Of a DNA stretch of 64,000 bases, positions 48,576 through 61,084 are shown piece by piece (position 1 is the first letter of the stretch; each line of letters begins with the position of its first letter). This stretch comes from Ranitomeya imitator. Its lineage: Eukaryota. Location of the stretch: the NCBI RefSeq assembly GCF_032444005.1, contig NC_091282.1, positions 1,016,924,001 to 1,016,988,000 on the forward strand, written 5' to 3'. The position numbers and the translations under genes were made by a program. The notes under the pieces are model-generated. The model was not told the DNA's origin. It was given only the letters and a program-made list of their open reading frames with translations, and did no database searches.

Positions 48576-49538
48576 CAAACATTAAATATGCTTAAACGGG
48601 CATTTTGTTCAGCAATGGAGTCTTGCATTGTGAGTGTGCTTACAAGCCATGGAGGTTGAGTGCATTACTTATAGTATTCTTTGAAAAAAATGTACCTGCT
48701 GATTCCAGGTCTTTCTGTAGCTCTCCACAGGTGGTCCTTGACTTGGATAACTCCTCTGACAATTATTTTCACTTCTATGTCCAAAATCTTGAGGGGACCA
48801 CCTGGTTGTGGCCGGTTTATGATGAAATGATGATCTTTCCACTTCCGGGTTATAGCCCCAACAGTGCTCACTGTGACCTTGAGTAGTTTTGAAATTCTTC
48901 TGTAACCAATGCCATCAGTGTGTTTTGCAACAATAAGGTTGCAAAGGTCTTGAGACCGTTCACTGGTTTTACCCATCATGAGATGTATTTTGTGTGGCAC
49001 CTTGGTAATGAAACACCTTTTTACAGGCCATCAGTTGACCCACTTGATATTATTTTCATTAAGTGGCAGGATTGCTTTCTATTTACTGATAGATTGCAGC
49101 TGGTGCTATGACTTTGCATGGCTTTTTGCACCTCTCTTTCTTCATGTGTTCAATACTTTTCTCTGTCATTTTTCATTATTATACATAACTTAATTTATGG
49201 ACATCTACGGTTTGATTTCCTTCCCTGTGTGGATTGGATGGATTGTTACCGACATCTGGTGAGACTTTCATGTCAATGAAAGTTAGAAATATATTTACTT
49301 GGAAACCTGTGGTGGCGTGTTTAATACTTATTTCACTCACTGTATGCATGTATATTGTGAGAGATCAGCTCTATGGTAGACACTGGTTCATACACAAGAT
49401 TCAGCTTGTCGATTCAAACAAACGGGCAATTTCTTAAATATTCATAAACCGTTTGGTTTCACAAAAAAAACAGCCTCTCCCGGGTACAAAGAAGTTATAA
49501 CAGAACAAAAATAGAAAATATCCAGTGCATAAAAAGCA

Positions 49539-50075
49539 CTAGATGGTGGCCCGATTCTAACGCATCGGGTATTTTAGAATATGTATGTAGTTTATTTATG
49601 AAGTTTTCAGAATAATGCAATTTATACAAAGGATTCGGCCGGCCGCGACCAATTAGCGAAGTGTGGTTCAAATTCACCGCGCCAATCCGCGGGCGGACTG
49701 CACCTGTCGCTGATTGTTCGCGGCCGGGCGTGACCAATCAGTGAAGCCAGGACCGGCTCCAGGTTTTTGAGGGCCCCTGGTGAAAGAGTCTCAGTGGGCC
49801 CCCCTCTTTAACACATACCACGATTCATGATGCACAGATACAGTAGAGAAATATAGCACAGCCAAGTAGCGTATAACACAGCCCACGTAGTATATAACAC
49901 AGCTCATGTAGTATATAGCACAGCCACGTAGTATATAGCACAGGCCACGTAGTATATAGCACAGGCACGTAGTATATAGCACAGCCACGTAGTATATAAC
50001 ACAGCCCATGTAGTATATAGCACAGCCACGTAGTACATAGCACAGCCAAATAGTATATAGCACAGCCCACGTAGT
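49539..50075 (-). mobile_element. Helitron 3' end (copy 3) and adjoining minisatellite, part of a composite extending to about 51769
   Basis: Reverse strand has the same hairpin plus CCACCATCTAG|T end. The 5' boundary is unresolved. Confidence 0.65.
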
Positions 50076-50570
50076 AATGCTGGAGACACTGGGGCAGATT
50101 GCTGGACACACTGGGGCAAACTGCTGGACACACGGGGTAATATGCTGGACACACTGTGGCAAATTGCTGGACACACTGTCTGAGGGCAATGCTGGACACA
50201 CTGGGGCAATATGCTGGACATACTGGAGCAGATTGCTGGACACACTGGGGATAATATGCTGGACACACTGGGGCAGATTGCTGGACACACTGTCTGGGGG
50301 CAATGCTGGACACACTGGGGCAATATGCTGGACATACTGGGGCAGATTGCTGGACACACTGGGGGTAATATGCTGGACACACTGGGGCAGACTGCTGGAC
50401 ACACTGGGGGTAATATGCTGGACCCACTGGGGCAGATTGCTGGTCACACTGTCTGGGGGCAATGCTGGACACACTGGGGTAATATGCTGGACATACTGGG
50501 GCAGATTGCTGGACACACTGTCTGGGGCAATGCTGGACACACTGGGGCAGATTGCTGGACACACTGGGGG
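50075..50570. repeat. About 22-bp minisatellite (GCTGGACACACTGGGGCAGATT and variants)
   Basis: Directly visible tandem copies. Confidence 0.9.
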
Positions 50571-51947
50571 CAGGACTGGAGGCATGGGCAGAATGTAGAT
50601 ACGGGGCATGATTGGAGACACGGGGCAGAATGAAAGACATGGGGCAGGATTGGATCATGGGGCAGGATGGATACGATGGAGACAGATGGGGCAGGATGGG
50701 GAGATCATATGGAGTAGAATGGATACTCATGAGGGCAGGATGCGAGAACATATGGCTGGAACCAGGAATGAGATAAACGGGGCCAGGATGGGGAATATTA
50801 TTACCATAGGGGCTAATTAAGGGATATTATTACTGCAGTGATGTATTTATTTTATTTTTTGAGTATACTGTTTTAAATGGAGGGGCGGTCCTGTTACTGT
50901 GCAGAGTGACACTATATCGCCTTTTTTTCTTCATGTGGTATAATATAGAAGTTGTGAAAAATTAAGTAATGTGTTCTGCAAGCGGAGCTTGAGATAACTG
51001 TTATTTCCTGCAGAAACGAGTCCTGCCTGGAAGAAATGATGGCGGTCTGTGCTGGATGAAAGATGAAGGACTTCACCTAGAGACGTCACTGGTGAGTCAG
51101 TGTTACCTATACACTGACACTATACACTGTATACTATATACAGAGGTCATGTGTACAATGTCACCAGTGATCACTGTATTACCTATACATTATATACAGA
51201 GCTCCTGTGTATAATACCACCAGTGATCTTTGTATTACCTCTACACTGACACTGCATACTAAGTACAGATCTCCAATGAATACTGGCACTTATGGTGATA
51301 GTATTGTGTTTTTTGTTTTTTTATTACTGATCAGTATTGTAGTATTCAGTCACTATGTGGTGGTAATATGTGGTCTGGAAATGGTGTTGCGGTATTTGTC
51401 CCTTGTATGTGCTATTTGGTCACCAAGTGGTGGTAATATGTGGTCTTGACATGGTGCGATGGTATTTGTTCCTTGTATGTGATATTATTCGATCACTGTG
51501 GTTGTAATTTGTGGTCTGGTCATGGTGCGGTGGTATTTGTTCCTTGTATGTGATATTGGTCATTTTAAAAATTGAAAAATAAATCAAAATATACCTACGG
51601 TATATTGTATTGCATATTTTAACAAATATTTAATAGGTTACAGTAGAGTAGGGCCCGGCCATTTTTCTGGAATAATCTGGTTCAGGTATATCATGACCCC
51701 CGTCACATGACCGGGGGGCCCACAGTGTCTGAACAGCCCGGGGCCCTGGCTACCCTTAATCCACCCCTGGATCCCACCCAACAATTTCAGCTGCTTGAAT
51801 AACGCAGACCCATAATCCTGGCCCATTAAAACACCTCATCACTATGTGGCTGGAGCCTGCCTCTCTGGGTCCTACATCACCGAGGCTTGGCACCTCGGGA
51901 ACACATACACCTTATAGTGGGATAGGGAGTATAATATTTGATATGGG

Positions 51948-52549
51948 TGTCATGTCGGACGCTATTCACACTAGGGCGTCTGACAGACAGCGGTAATTCC
52001 ACATTTGTCCACTATACGCTCAGTGGCGCCGGCTAGATTTTATCCAGGTTATCCAGGGTTAATCTGGCTGGTAATCTGGTTGGAGGCTGGGTCACGCCCG
52101 TGGCCTTTAAATAGTCATTCTGGACTTTGGGCGTCGCCGATTATAGCTTGTGTCTTGTGCCTGGTGATCTCGGTCTGGAGTGGTGGTCTAAGAGTTGAAG
52201 TATCGTATCTGGTGGTGTATTATCCTTTATCATATTTCTCCTTCCTATATTTGTGTTTATTTTTGCTCTGTGCTCATTATAGTGTTTTCCTGTGTGTCTG
52301 CGGCGTGGTGCGTTTTCAGTTTTCCTTGTCTGTACTTTCTGTGTAGGTTGGTGTGTGGTCTTATCACTGGGTGGCGGGTGGAGGTTTCAGCAGAGGGCTG
52401 AAACAGGAGTTCGGGTCAGGCCTGGCGGCCCAGACAAGCACACCATCAGTGTAAATTCTGCGAGAGGGACATACAGGGTTTTCCCTAGTCTGAGGGATAT
52501 CGCAGGGGCCCGGGTAATCAGCTTTAGTCTACCCAATACCCCCGTGACA
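51948..52549 (+). mobile_element. Solo LTR, 602 bp
   Basis: TGTCA...TGACA termini, a 5-bp TSD ATGGG (51943-51947, 52550-52554) and TATA-like TTTAAATAG at 52106. Confidence 0.9.
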
Positions 52550-52643
52550 ATGGGGCTGTGTAAATTAATCACTGTACATTTTAAATATATCCATACAGAC
52601 ACTTACACACAGAGATATAAATACATATAGGTATACAGCAAAC

Positions 52644-52859
52644 CTCATTGGCACTGGCCACCAGTTTCTTCAGTCCCCAGCTATCAGAAGCCCAACGGTC
52701 TGCCACTTCCTTCTCTGTACAGATAATAAAGTTGTCAAAATAGATATTAGATGTCATTGACCATAGCTCCAAACCAATGGCACTGAAAGGCGTCATTCTG
52801 AATGGATTGAGGTCCTCAAAGTAATGTGGGTTTGGGATTTTACGTGGTTTCCAAATTCC
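52644..52859 (-). CDS. CLGN: Calmegin exon ([16 protein letters not shown]...[18 protein letters not shown]...SANE)
   Basis: 216 nt carrying the calreticulin-family GLELWSM/FDNFII motifs, with AG/GT boundaries. Confidence 0.97.
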
Positions 52860-52950
52860 CTGTACAAAAAAACAACAAAAAAAAACAAATTCAGATCTGG
52901 TATAAAATATAACAGAGTAAAAACTAGTATTGACCATACAGAATAATCAC

Positions 52951-53107
52951 CTGGTAATTAGGGTTCTCAATCATAGGTGGCTTCCATTGTCCCTTGTAAT
53001 TAGGATTGTCTATGAGTGGGGGTGTCCACTCTCCACATCCAGGTGCAGGCTTACACTTCGGGTTTGAAATTAGAGGAGCTTCCCAATCACCATCCATGTC
53101 TTCATTC
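52951..53107 (-). CDS. CLGN: Calmegin P-domain exon ([19 protein letters not shown]...GCGEW...NPNYQ)
   Basis: 157 nt of P-domain type-2 repeats (I.NP.YKG.W). Confidence 0.97.
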
Positions 53108-53847
53108 CTAACAATGTCATATGGGCCCTTCATTACATTGTAATACCACCGAAATAATACACATACATGGAAAACATTGTACTATATCTTCATGGCTGAT
53201 ATTATACATAAACTACAACATATAATTTAATCTGTCACAGCAGCACTGTTCTGCCTCCGCCATCTAATATTGTTACCCTTATTATCTGTTTGCATAATTG
53301 CAGGTTTCTCAGTATGGATATTCATACCTTTATTTGTTTGTGATGCTTTGGCTCCCTCTAGCGGCCAGTTGTTGGCAGTTCAATCTTCTGTGTTTGTATT
53401 ATCCATGTCTCATTCTCCTCCTCCTTTGCAATGCATTCTGGTAGCTCAGCCTCCATTTCCCTCCATTTTTTCCTTTCACTTTCCTCAGTCTGCCTTCAAG
53501 GAAAGACGCTTCACTTCATCCCCCTTGCGATTGCATTGCCGGTATGTCTTTATGCTTCCTATAGATATTTCTGCTCCATATTAGCCTAGCCTAGCCAGTT
53601 GTACTCCCAGTTCAATTTCTAGCCTTCTAAATGTTATGCATAATGTATATCATGTGTATTATGTATCTGTTCTATACCATGCACTGATTCTATGTATATC
53701 ATTGTTCACAGTTTCACCGCATCAATATACCACTACGTTTAATAAAGCACAGACTCAACCACAGTCTCCTTATTGGACCCCGGTATAGCGGTTTAGCTGA
53801 CTGTATAGCTACGTATGAGCCTGCCTCAGCTAGTGAGGACAGAACAA

Positions 53848-54109
53848 GCACAGTGGCTCAGTTGTTAGCATTGCAGCGCTGGAGTCCAGGGATCAAATCC
53901 CATAAAGGACAACATCTGCAAGGAGTTTGTACTGTATGTTCTCCCCGCGTTTGCGTGGGTTTATTCCGGGTTCTCCGATTTCCTCCCACATTCCAAAGAC
54001 ATACTGATAGGGATTCTAGATTGTGAGCCATATCGGGTACAGTAATGATAATGTATGTAAAGCGCTGCGGAATATGTTGACAAAATATAAATAAAAAGAT
54101 TATTATTAT
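53848..54109 (+). mobile_element. tRNA-derived V-SINE with L2-like tail
   Basis: A box TGGCTCAGTTG, B box GGATCAAATCCC, V-domain-like GTATGTTCTCCCCGCGTTTGCGTGGGTTT...TTTCCTCCCAC, tail GTAAAGCGCTGCGGAATATGTTG...(TTA)n. Confidence 0.85.
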
Positions 54110-56944
54110 CTGTCATTCAGTTATACTAATGTCTTCCAAAAATTCAGCAGGCTGCTGATAAAACCCTCATGTAGAGCTGGTGCCTATGCCCTCTGCCTCT
54201 CTCTGACGACGGCGACTCACTCATAGCAGTGGCATCATTCCCTCTCCGTCTACTGATACCCGGGTAGCGCACAAAGGGCGCAGATACCTGGACACTGTGT
54301 TTAGGGAACGAATGGTCCCGTCCTCTTAAAGGGACATCACGCGCCATCCTAAAGTTTCCCCAGCTAATGGTTCGGAGACACACATTACCGTATATAAGGC
54401 ACCTCTACCTGATGGGAAGTGCCTGTGCAATGTTGTAAGTTTGTTCCTAGACACTTTTGTTAGTTTTCAGGTCCCAGTGCTCGTATTTCTGTATACCTGC
54501 CTGTATATCAGCCGTGCCCACCTGCCTGGCTATTAGCCCTGCCTGCCTGCCTGCCTACCCGCTCCTGCCAGTGTTCATCTGTACATCAGCTGGTCAAGTT
54601 CGCACATGCCAGTGCTAATCTGTACATCAGCCAGTCCAGTCCACACCTGCCAGCATTCTTCTGTACATCAGCCGGTCCAGTCCACACCTACCAGTGCTCA
54701 TCTGTACATCAGCCAGTCTAGTTTGTATCCGTGGTTCCTGTGTTCCTACAGTACCTGCCTGCATCTACTGTTCCTTCCTCTGGGTCGTTCCTGCTACCTG
54801 TCGCTAGGGGGTCAGCTGAAATCTTCCTGAGGTCAGTCTTGCAGTAGCACCTGGTCTCACCTTTTTTGTCTCTTCTAGGATCATGGTATCATCAGCCGCC
54901 GTGTATCCTAGGTCAGACTTGGTGAGGCACCTAGATACGCCCCTCCAGGCTTTCCGTAGGCCTTGGCACAGTGATTCTACCACCAAGCCCATTACACCTC
55001 ACAGGATGCCTGGTAAGGTTTTTGCCAGCAAAGAATTGCAATTTTTTGCTGGAACAGCATTAAAAAGTTCCAGCTTGTAAATTACAATACGAGTATGTTC
55101 ACTTCTGTTCATATGTCAGTATAGTGTACATGAAAAGTTAAGGACCTTTGCAGAACAATTTGCTATATTGATGCTGAACTACAGCCGGTATTAATGTCCA
55201 GAGATTTGTACATTTGGTGACCCAATGAAAATGTTGCCTAGTTTACACCTTAATGACATGCCATTTTATTTTTATTTTTTCATCTATACACCCTGAAACC
55301 AGAGCTTTTCATTTTTCCATTGATATTGCTGTATAAGAGCATGTTTTTTCCAAGACAAGTTGTATTTTTCATGTCAACATTTTGGAATATATATAATGGA
55401 TTATACAACATATCAATTTTTTCTTGGGATAAAGAGATTGTGAAAAAAAAAACACCATTTCACCAATGTTTTTTGGTTCTGTCTTAATGGTGTAAACTAT
55501 GCAGTATAAACAATATGATAACTTTATTCTGGGGCTCAGTACATTTATGAAAAGCTACATTGATATAATGATTGCACCGATGAACTGTAATGCTTTTTGA
55601 ATATATCATTGTTTTTATCACTGAAATCTTGCTGAGTGCTGGAACAATCAATTATTTCTACATTGTTTTATAGCATTGAATCCCTGCCTGCACAGCCCCC
55701 GAACACGGACTTCTTCTCTCTGCCGTCACACTAGCAGTATTTGGACAGTATTTTACATCAGTATTTGTAAGCCAAAACCAGGAGTGGAACAGTATAATAG
55801 AAACATATGCACCACTTCTGTATTTATCACCCACTTCTGGTTTTGGCTTACAAATACTGATGTAAAATACTGACCAAATACTGCTAGTGTGATGACAGCC
55901 TTACTTTTCAGGTTCGGCAGCCTGAACAAAGCTTGCAGAAAGACTGCAGCGCTGACAATCAAAAAGCTTTACTGTGTAGACACTTCCGGCTCATTCACAG
56001 CTACAAGTATTGGAATAGGTGTGATTGGCCGATGCACACTATGCAAAAAAAAAAAAAGAAGTGTGATCCTGGCGGCTGCGGGCTGCTCTTTTTAGGCTGA
56101 GGAGGGACAATATCCATGGCCCCTTCCCAGTCTGAGAAGACCAGCACCCAGCGGTCTGCTTTAATATTGCTGGTTGCCAAAACGTGGGGGAATCTCACGC
56201 TGTTTTTAAAAATGATTTATTTAAATAATTAAATATACGGCTTGGGGGTCTCCTCTATTTTTGATAACCAGCCAAGATAAAGCTGACAGCTAAGGACTGG
56301 TTAGCCAGAATAGAGGGCACCCCACAACATTTTTTTTATTTTATTTATTTATTGCACAGGCGCGGGCTAATGAATACTCTCAGCTTCGTATGCCTGCTCA
56401 CGCTGCTATCAGCGAGAGTAGGCGTACGATGATGAGAGTAGTAGTCTCATCAGCCGAAAATTTGACCGGTGGTAACCTTTTTACAGCTGGTAACAGACAT
56501 ACCGGCAATCAGAGCCAGTGTTTCCCACGCTGTCACACAGATGACAGTGTGGGAAACATCGGATGTTTGGGCCCCCCATTCATTTGAAAGGAGTCCTGGT
56601 TTGGGTTTGAAGTCTGGTACCTGAACTGAACTTTTTCTTCAGCTGAACCCTCACTGACCAAAACATCCACGGGTCCACCCATCACCAGTCATAACGACCA
56701 CATACCACAGCTCAATTACCTTTTAGTTCTACTTTAGTCAAATTGTGCACAAAATTGCTCATTTTTTTGCGTTTATATCTACTTAAAATGAGGTGAAATG
56801 TGGACATATGTTTTTAAACACCAATCCTTGATATATTAGTGGAGTGTCTATGCAGTCCTGGGGATTTCTAGTTTCAAAATGTTTTTCCGTGAAATAATCA
56901 AATGCAGGATATCAACAAATATACCAGCACATACACCTTCTTAC

Positions 56945-57058
56945 CAGTCACTTGGCTTCTGAGCCTCTGGATCAGGTACCAGATGAGGCTCACCTTCCAG
57001 CCAGCCTTCTGGTTTCACAGCATTTACATCCTCGATCTTATCAGACCCCCCTTCATCC
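56945..57058 (-). CDS. CLGN: Calmegin P-domain exon (WDEGGSDKIEDVNAVKPEGWLEGEPHLVPDPEAQKPSDW)
   Basis: 114 nt of P-domain type-1 repeats (DP.A.KP.DW). Confidence 0.95.
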
Positions 57059-57885
57059 CTGAAGGAGATATTAGATCTACACTTCAGACACACCATAATT
57101 ATAGCAACAACACACAAAATATACAATACAGTATTGCCACTGATAAGGTCAATTCAGGATAAAAGGAAAATGTGAAACTTAATATTGAATTCAGGGGCCA
57201 AGGAAATGTAAGAGCCAGTACGTAGGTTTCTCTAACGAGAAGGGTAGAAGTTCCTCAAATACAATCAATGGAAATTACAGTGAAGCCCTAGACAGCAGCC
57301 GAAAGATTTCAAGTGCATTTTCAACTTGGCTCTTTCTACAGCAAAATATATGTAACTACTATTTATCAGACTAAATTATTAATTCCCTTTCACTACAAAT
57401 GTGCATCCACTCTGCAGATGACATCACTCTAAAAGTAATATCAGAGGCTCCCCACTTCATCTGGTTACCGACGCTTCTCAGACATAGACTGCCTGAAAGA
57501 CATCATCGCTCAATACATATTATATATTTATTATGTCAGTCCCAGGTTTCTCACGTAAAGCAAAAATCATAACTAAACATTTTTATCCCAGCTTTAACAT
57601 GCAGAATTTTCCATAAATCTCTTAATAGTAGCTAGTGTTGTCACTCGAAGCTTGTGGCCCCCAGTGCAAAATCTCCAACAGGGTTCCCAACTATCACAGG
57701 TCTTTAATAGTGGTAGTCTCCTCATATGGGTTAAAAGGACCTTTTTGGGCTTCTCTGCATCCATTCCTACATGGATTTTAATGGGAATCGGTCACAAGGT
57801 TTTGCTTGCTAATCTGAGAACAGCATGATGTAGAAATAGAGACCCTGATTGCAGCGATATGACACTTACTAAAATCACAGTTATA

Positions 57886-59781
57886 CAGTGCGTTGCGAAA
57901 GTATTTGGCCCCCTGGAACTTTTCAACCTTTTCCCACATATCATGCTTCAAACATAAAGATACCACATATAAATTTTTGGGGAAGAATCAACAACAAGTG
58001 GAACACAATTGTGAAGTTGAACGAAATGTATTGGTTATTTTACATTTTTTTAGAAATTCAAAAACTGAAAAGTGGGGCGTGCAATATTATTCGGCCCCTT
58101 TAACTTAATACTTTGTTGTGCCACCTTTCTCTGCGTTTACAGCTGCAAGTCGCTTGGGGTATGTCTCTATCAGTTTTGTACATCGAGAGACTGAAATTCT
58201 TGCCCATTCTTCTTTAGCAAACAGCTCGAGCTCAGTGAGGTTTGATGGAGGTCGTTTGTGAACAGCAGTTTTCAGCTCTTTCCACAGATTCTCGATTGGA
58301 TTGAGGTCTGGACTTTGACTTGGCCATTCTAACACCTGGATACGTTTATTTGTGAACCACTCCATTGTAGATTTTGCTTTATGTTTGGGATCATTGTCTT
58401 GTTGGAAGACAAATCTCCGTCCCAGTCTCAGGTCTTTTGCAGACTTCAACAGGTTTTCTTCAAGAATGGTCCTGTATTTGGCTCCATCCATCTTCCCAGC
58501 AATTTTAACCATCTTTCCTGTCCCTGCTGAAGGAAAGCAGGCCCAAACCATGATGCTGCCACCACCATGTTTGACAGTGGGGATGGTGTGTTCAGGGTGC
58601 TGAGCTGCGTTGCCTTTATGCCAAACGTATCGTTTGGCATTGTTGCCAAACAGTTCGATTTTGGTTTCATCTGACCAGAGCACCTTCTTCCACATGTTTG
58701 GTGTGTCTCTCAGGTGGCTTGTTGCAAACTTTAAACAACACTTTTTAAGGATATATTTGAGAAATGGCTTTCTTCTTGCCACTCTTCCATAAAGGCCAGA
58801 TTTGTGCAGTGTATGACTGATTGTCCTATGGACAGACTGTCCCACCTCAGCTGTAGATCTCTGCAGTTCATCCAGAGTGATCATGGGCCTCTAGCTTGGC
58901 ATTGAGGACACTTGTCCATATGGTAACTGTGAATGTGCTGTTACAATTGTGTGCAAATATGGATGGTTATTCATACATGTATACCATGGTGATATATATA
59001 TTTAGGTGCCTGTGACTTGGATGTCTTTGTACTAGGGTCTCCCCTTTTTTCTACACGTTTTGTACTATATTGTACTTTTTTTAGAATTGTTTAAATAAAA
59101 TATTGATTTTTAGTATTTTCGTATAGAACTCCTTTGTTTTGTTCTGATTCATGGGCCTCTTGGTTGCATCTCTGATCAGTCTTCTTCTTGTTTGCTTTGA
59201 AAGTTTAGAGGGACGACTGGGTCTTGGTAGATTTGCAGTGGTATGATACGCCTTCCATTTCAATATGATCGCTTGCACAGTGCTCCTCGGGATGTTTAAA
59301 GTTTTGGAAATCATTTTGTATCCAAATCCGGCTTTAAACTTCTCCACAACAGTATCATGGACCTGCCTTGTTGTGTTCCTTGGTCTTCATGATGCTCTCT
59401 GTGCTTCAAACAGAACCCTCAGACTATCACAAAGCAGGTGCATTTATACGGAGACTTGATTACACACAGGTGGATTATATTTATCATCATTAGGCATTTA
59501 GGACAACATTGCATCATTCAGAGATCCACAATGAACTTCTGGAGTGAGTTTGCTGCACTGAAAGTAAAGGGGCCGAATAATATTGCAAGCCCCACTTTTC
59601 AGTTTTTGAATTTCCACAAAAATTTAAAATAACCAATAAATTTCATGCAACTTCACAATTGTGTTCCACTTGTTGTTGATTCTTCACCAAAAATTTACAT
59701 TTGGTATCTTTATGTTTGAAGCACGATATGTGGGAAAAGGTTGAAAAGTTCCAGGGGGCCGAATACATTCGCAACACACTG
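57886..59781 (-). mobile_element. Tc1 element, inactivated
   Basis: TA TSDs and ~210-bp TIRs (CAGTG.GTTGCGAA). The DD34E C-terminal ORF at 58105-58884 is intact, but the N-terminus is split by a 257-bp insertion and an early frameshift. Confidence 0.93.
58893..59149 (+). mobile_element. 257-bp retro-type insertion (Penelope/LINE 3' end) in the Tc1 transposase
   Basis: 11-bp flanking duplication CATGGGCCTCT (58882-58892, 59150-59160), with AATAAA and a T-rich tail. Confidence 0.65.
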
Positions 59782-59994
59782 TATGTACTATATAATGACT
59801 GAGGCATTTTATCAATAGTTCAAAGCCAAGCAAAATCTAGAGATGCATGGCCCTATAATGGTCACAGCCAAAAACCATCAACTCTCCCAATATGGGAGTA
59901 TAGTCAAAATGACCCATAGGACGAAATGGTAACATTTATAGGAGCCATTGATTACTTATTCTGCAATTTATGCTACAATTAATTGTGTGCTTAC

Positions 59995-60184
59995 CAGTCT
60001 TCTGGCTTGACAGCATTAGGATCTGGAATTTTGGGACGTTCATCCCACTCCATGGGCTTTTTTTCTTTTGGATCATCTATTTCTTTAGGAGGATTTAGAG
60101 GCGGGATGACATCTTCCAGAAGACTTCCTTGGCTAACAACTGTCTGATCTATCAGCATTTCATATGTGTTGTCTGACTTTAAAA
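59995..60184 (-). CDS. CLGN: Calmegin exon ([14 protein letters not shown]...[33 protein letters not shown])
   Basis: 190 nt with AG/GT boundaries. Upstream exons were not found in the window. Confidence 0.96.
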
Positions 60185-60905
60185 CTGGAAGGCAACAAGA
60201 ACTGACAAATCTATAGATGTTTTTGTCAAAGTTTCTTTCCATGCAGTGATTAATAATAAATGTCTTATAAAGTAATCTATTCTTTACCTCCATGACAGAC
60301 TAGTACAGGTTGCCAGTAGTAATCAAGATGCTTTAATCATGAAGATCAACTGTATTAGAATATGAAACAGTTTTTTTTTGTAAATTTCTGGTTTGAGTGA
60401 GTAACCTAACTTTTAAGGAATAACATATGAAATATTCTTCAATTTCAATGGCTGCATTATTCAATTCAAGCAATATTTTGTCTACAGGTGAAATTAAATT
60501 ACGACGTCATGTTTGTCCTTGGAAAGAAGCCCCTGGGATATGGATGTCTAGATTGGTTGTTAAGTAGAAATGACACATTAGCAGAAGGCCCAGTTCAGAT
60601 TCGGTCTCTAAACCATATTGTTCACCATATTAAATCTTAGCAGCAAGGTCTGAGATAAAACATCTTCTGGCATGTGAGACAAATAAGAAGATGCCCGGTA
60701 AACCCCACTAATCATTAAAATGGATGTCTCGCTACCCTCTTCCAGGCCCAGTGATTCTTTGTCATTCTTATTAACAACTTGTTTGCAAAAGTGAGTGTAT
60801 AAGGCTGGAATCTCACATCCGCAAAACAAAGACTGTGCTTGAATTGCAAAAAGTGACCCAACCACCTGGCCTCCTGACCTGAGCTAACTACCTCTTAGAC
60901 ATATA

Positions 60906-61028
60906 CAGTGGCATGTAAAAGTTTGGGCACCAGTGATCAAAATTACTGTTATTGTGAACAGTTAAGCAAGTTGAAGATGAAATGATATCTAAAAGGCCTA
61001 AAGTTAAAGATTTCCTTTTGCATTTTAG

Positions 61029-61084
<56 letters not shown>

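Larger units (their letters stand above)
47117..49342 (-). mobile_element. Degraded Tc1 element with nested insertions
   Basis: Transposase remnants (HTDGIGYRRISKLLKV; [15 protein letters not shown]), a right end ...TCACTCACTG|TA, and multiple frameshifts. Confidence 0.8.

Noticed and set aside
53848-53920. tRNA gene
   Set aside because: The A/B boxes are the head of a SINE and continue into a V-domain and LINE-like tail; the cloverleaf is degenerate.
23384-60184. Calnexin (CANX) as the identity of the minus-strand gene
   Set aside because: The C-terminus RKRRVRKD, the FCWP motif and adjacency to SCOC point to calmegin.
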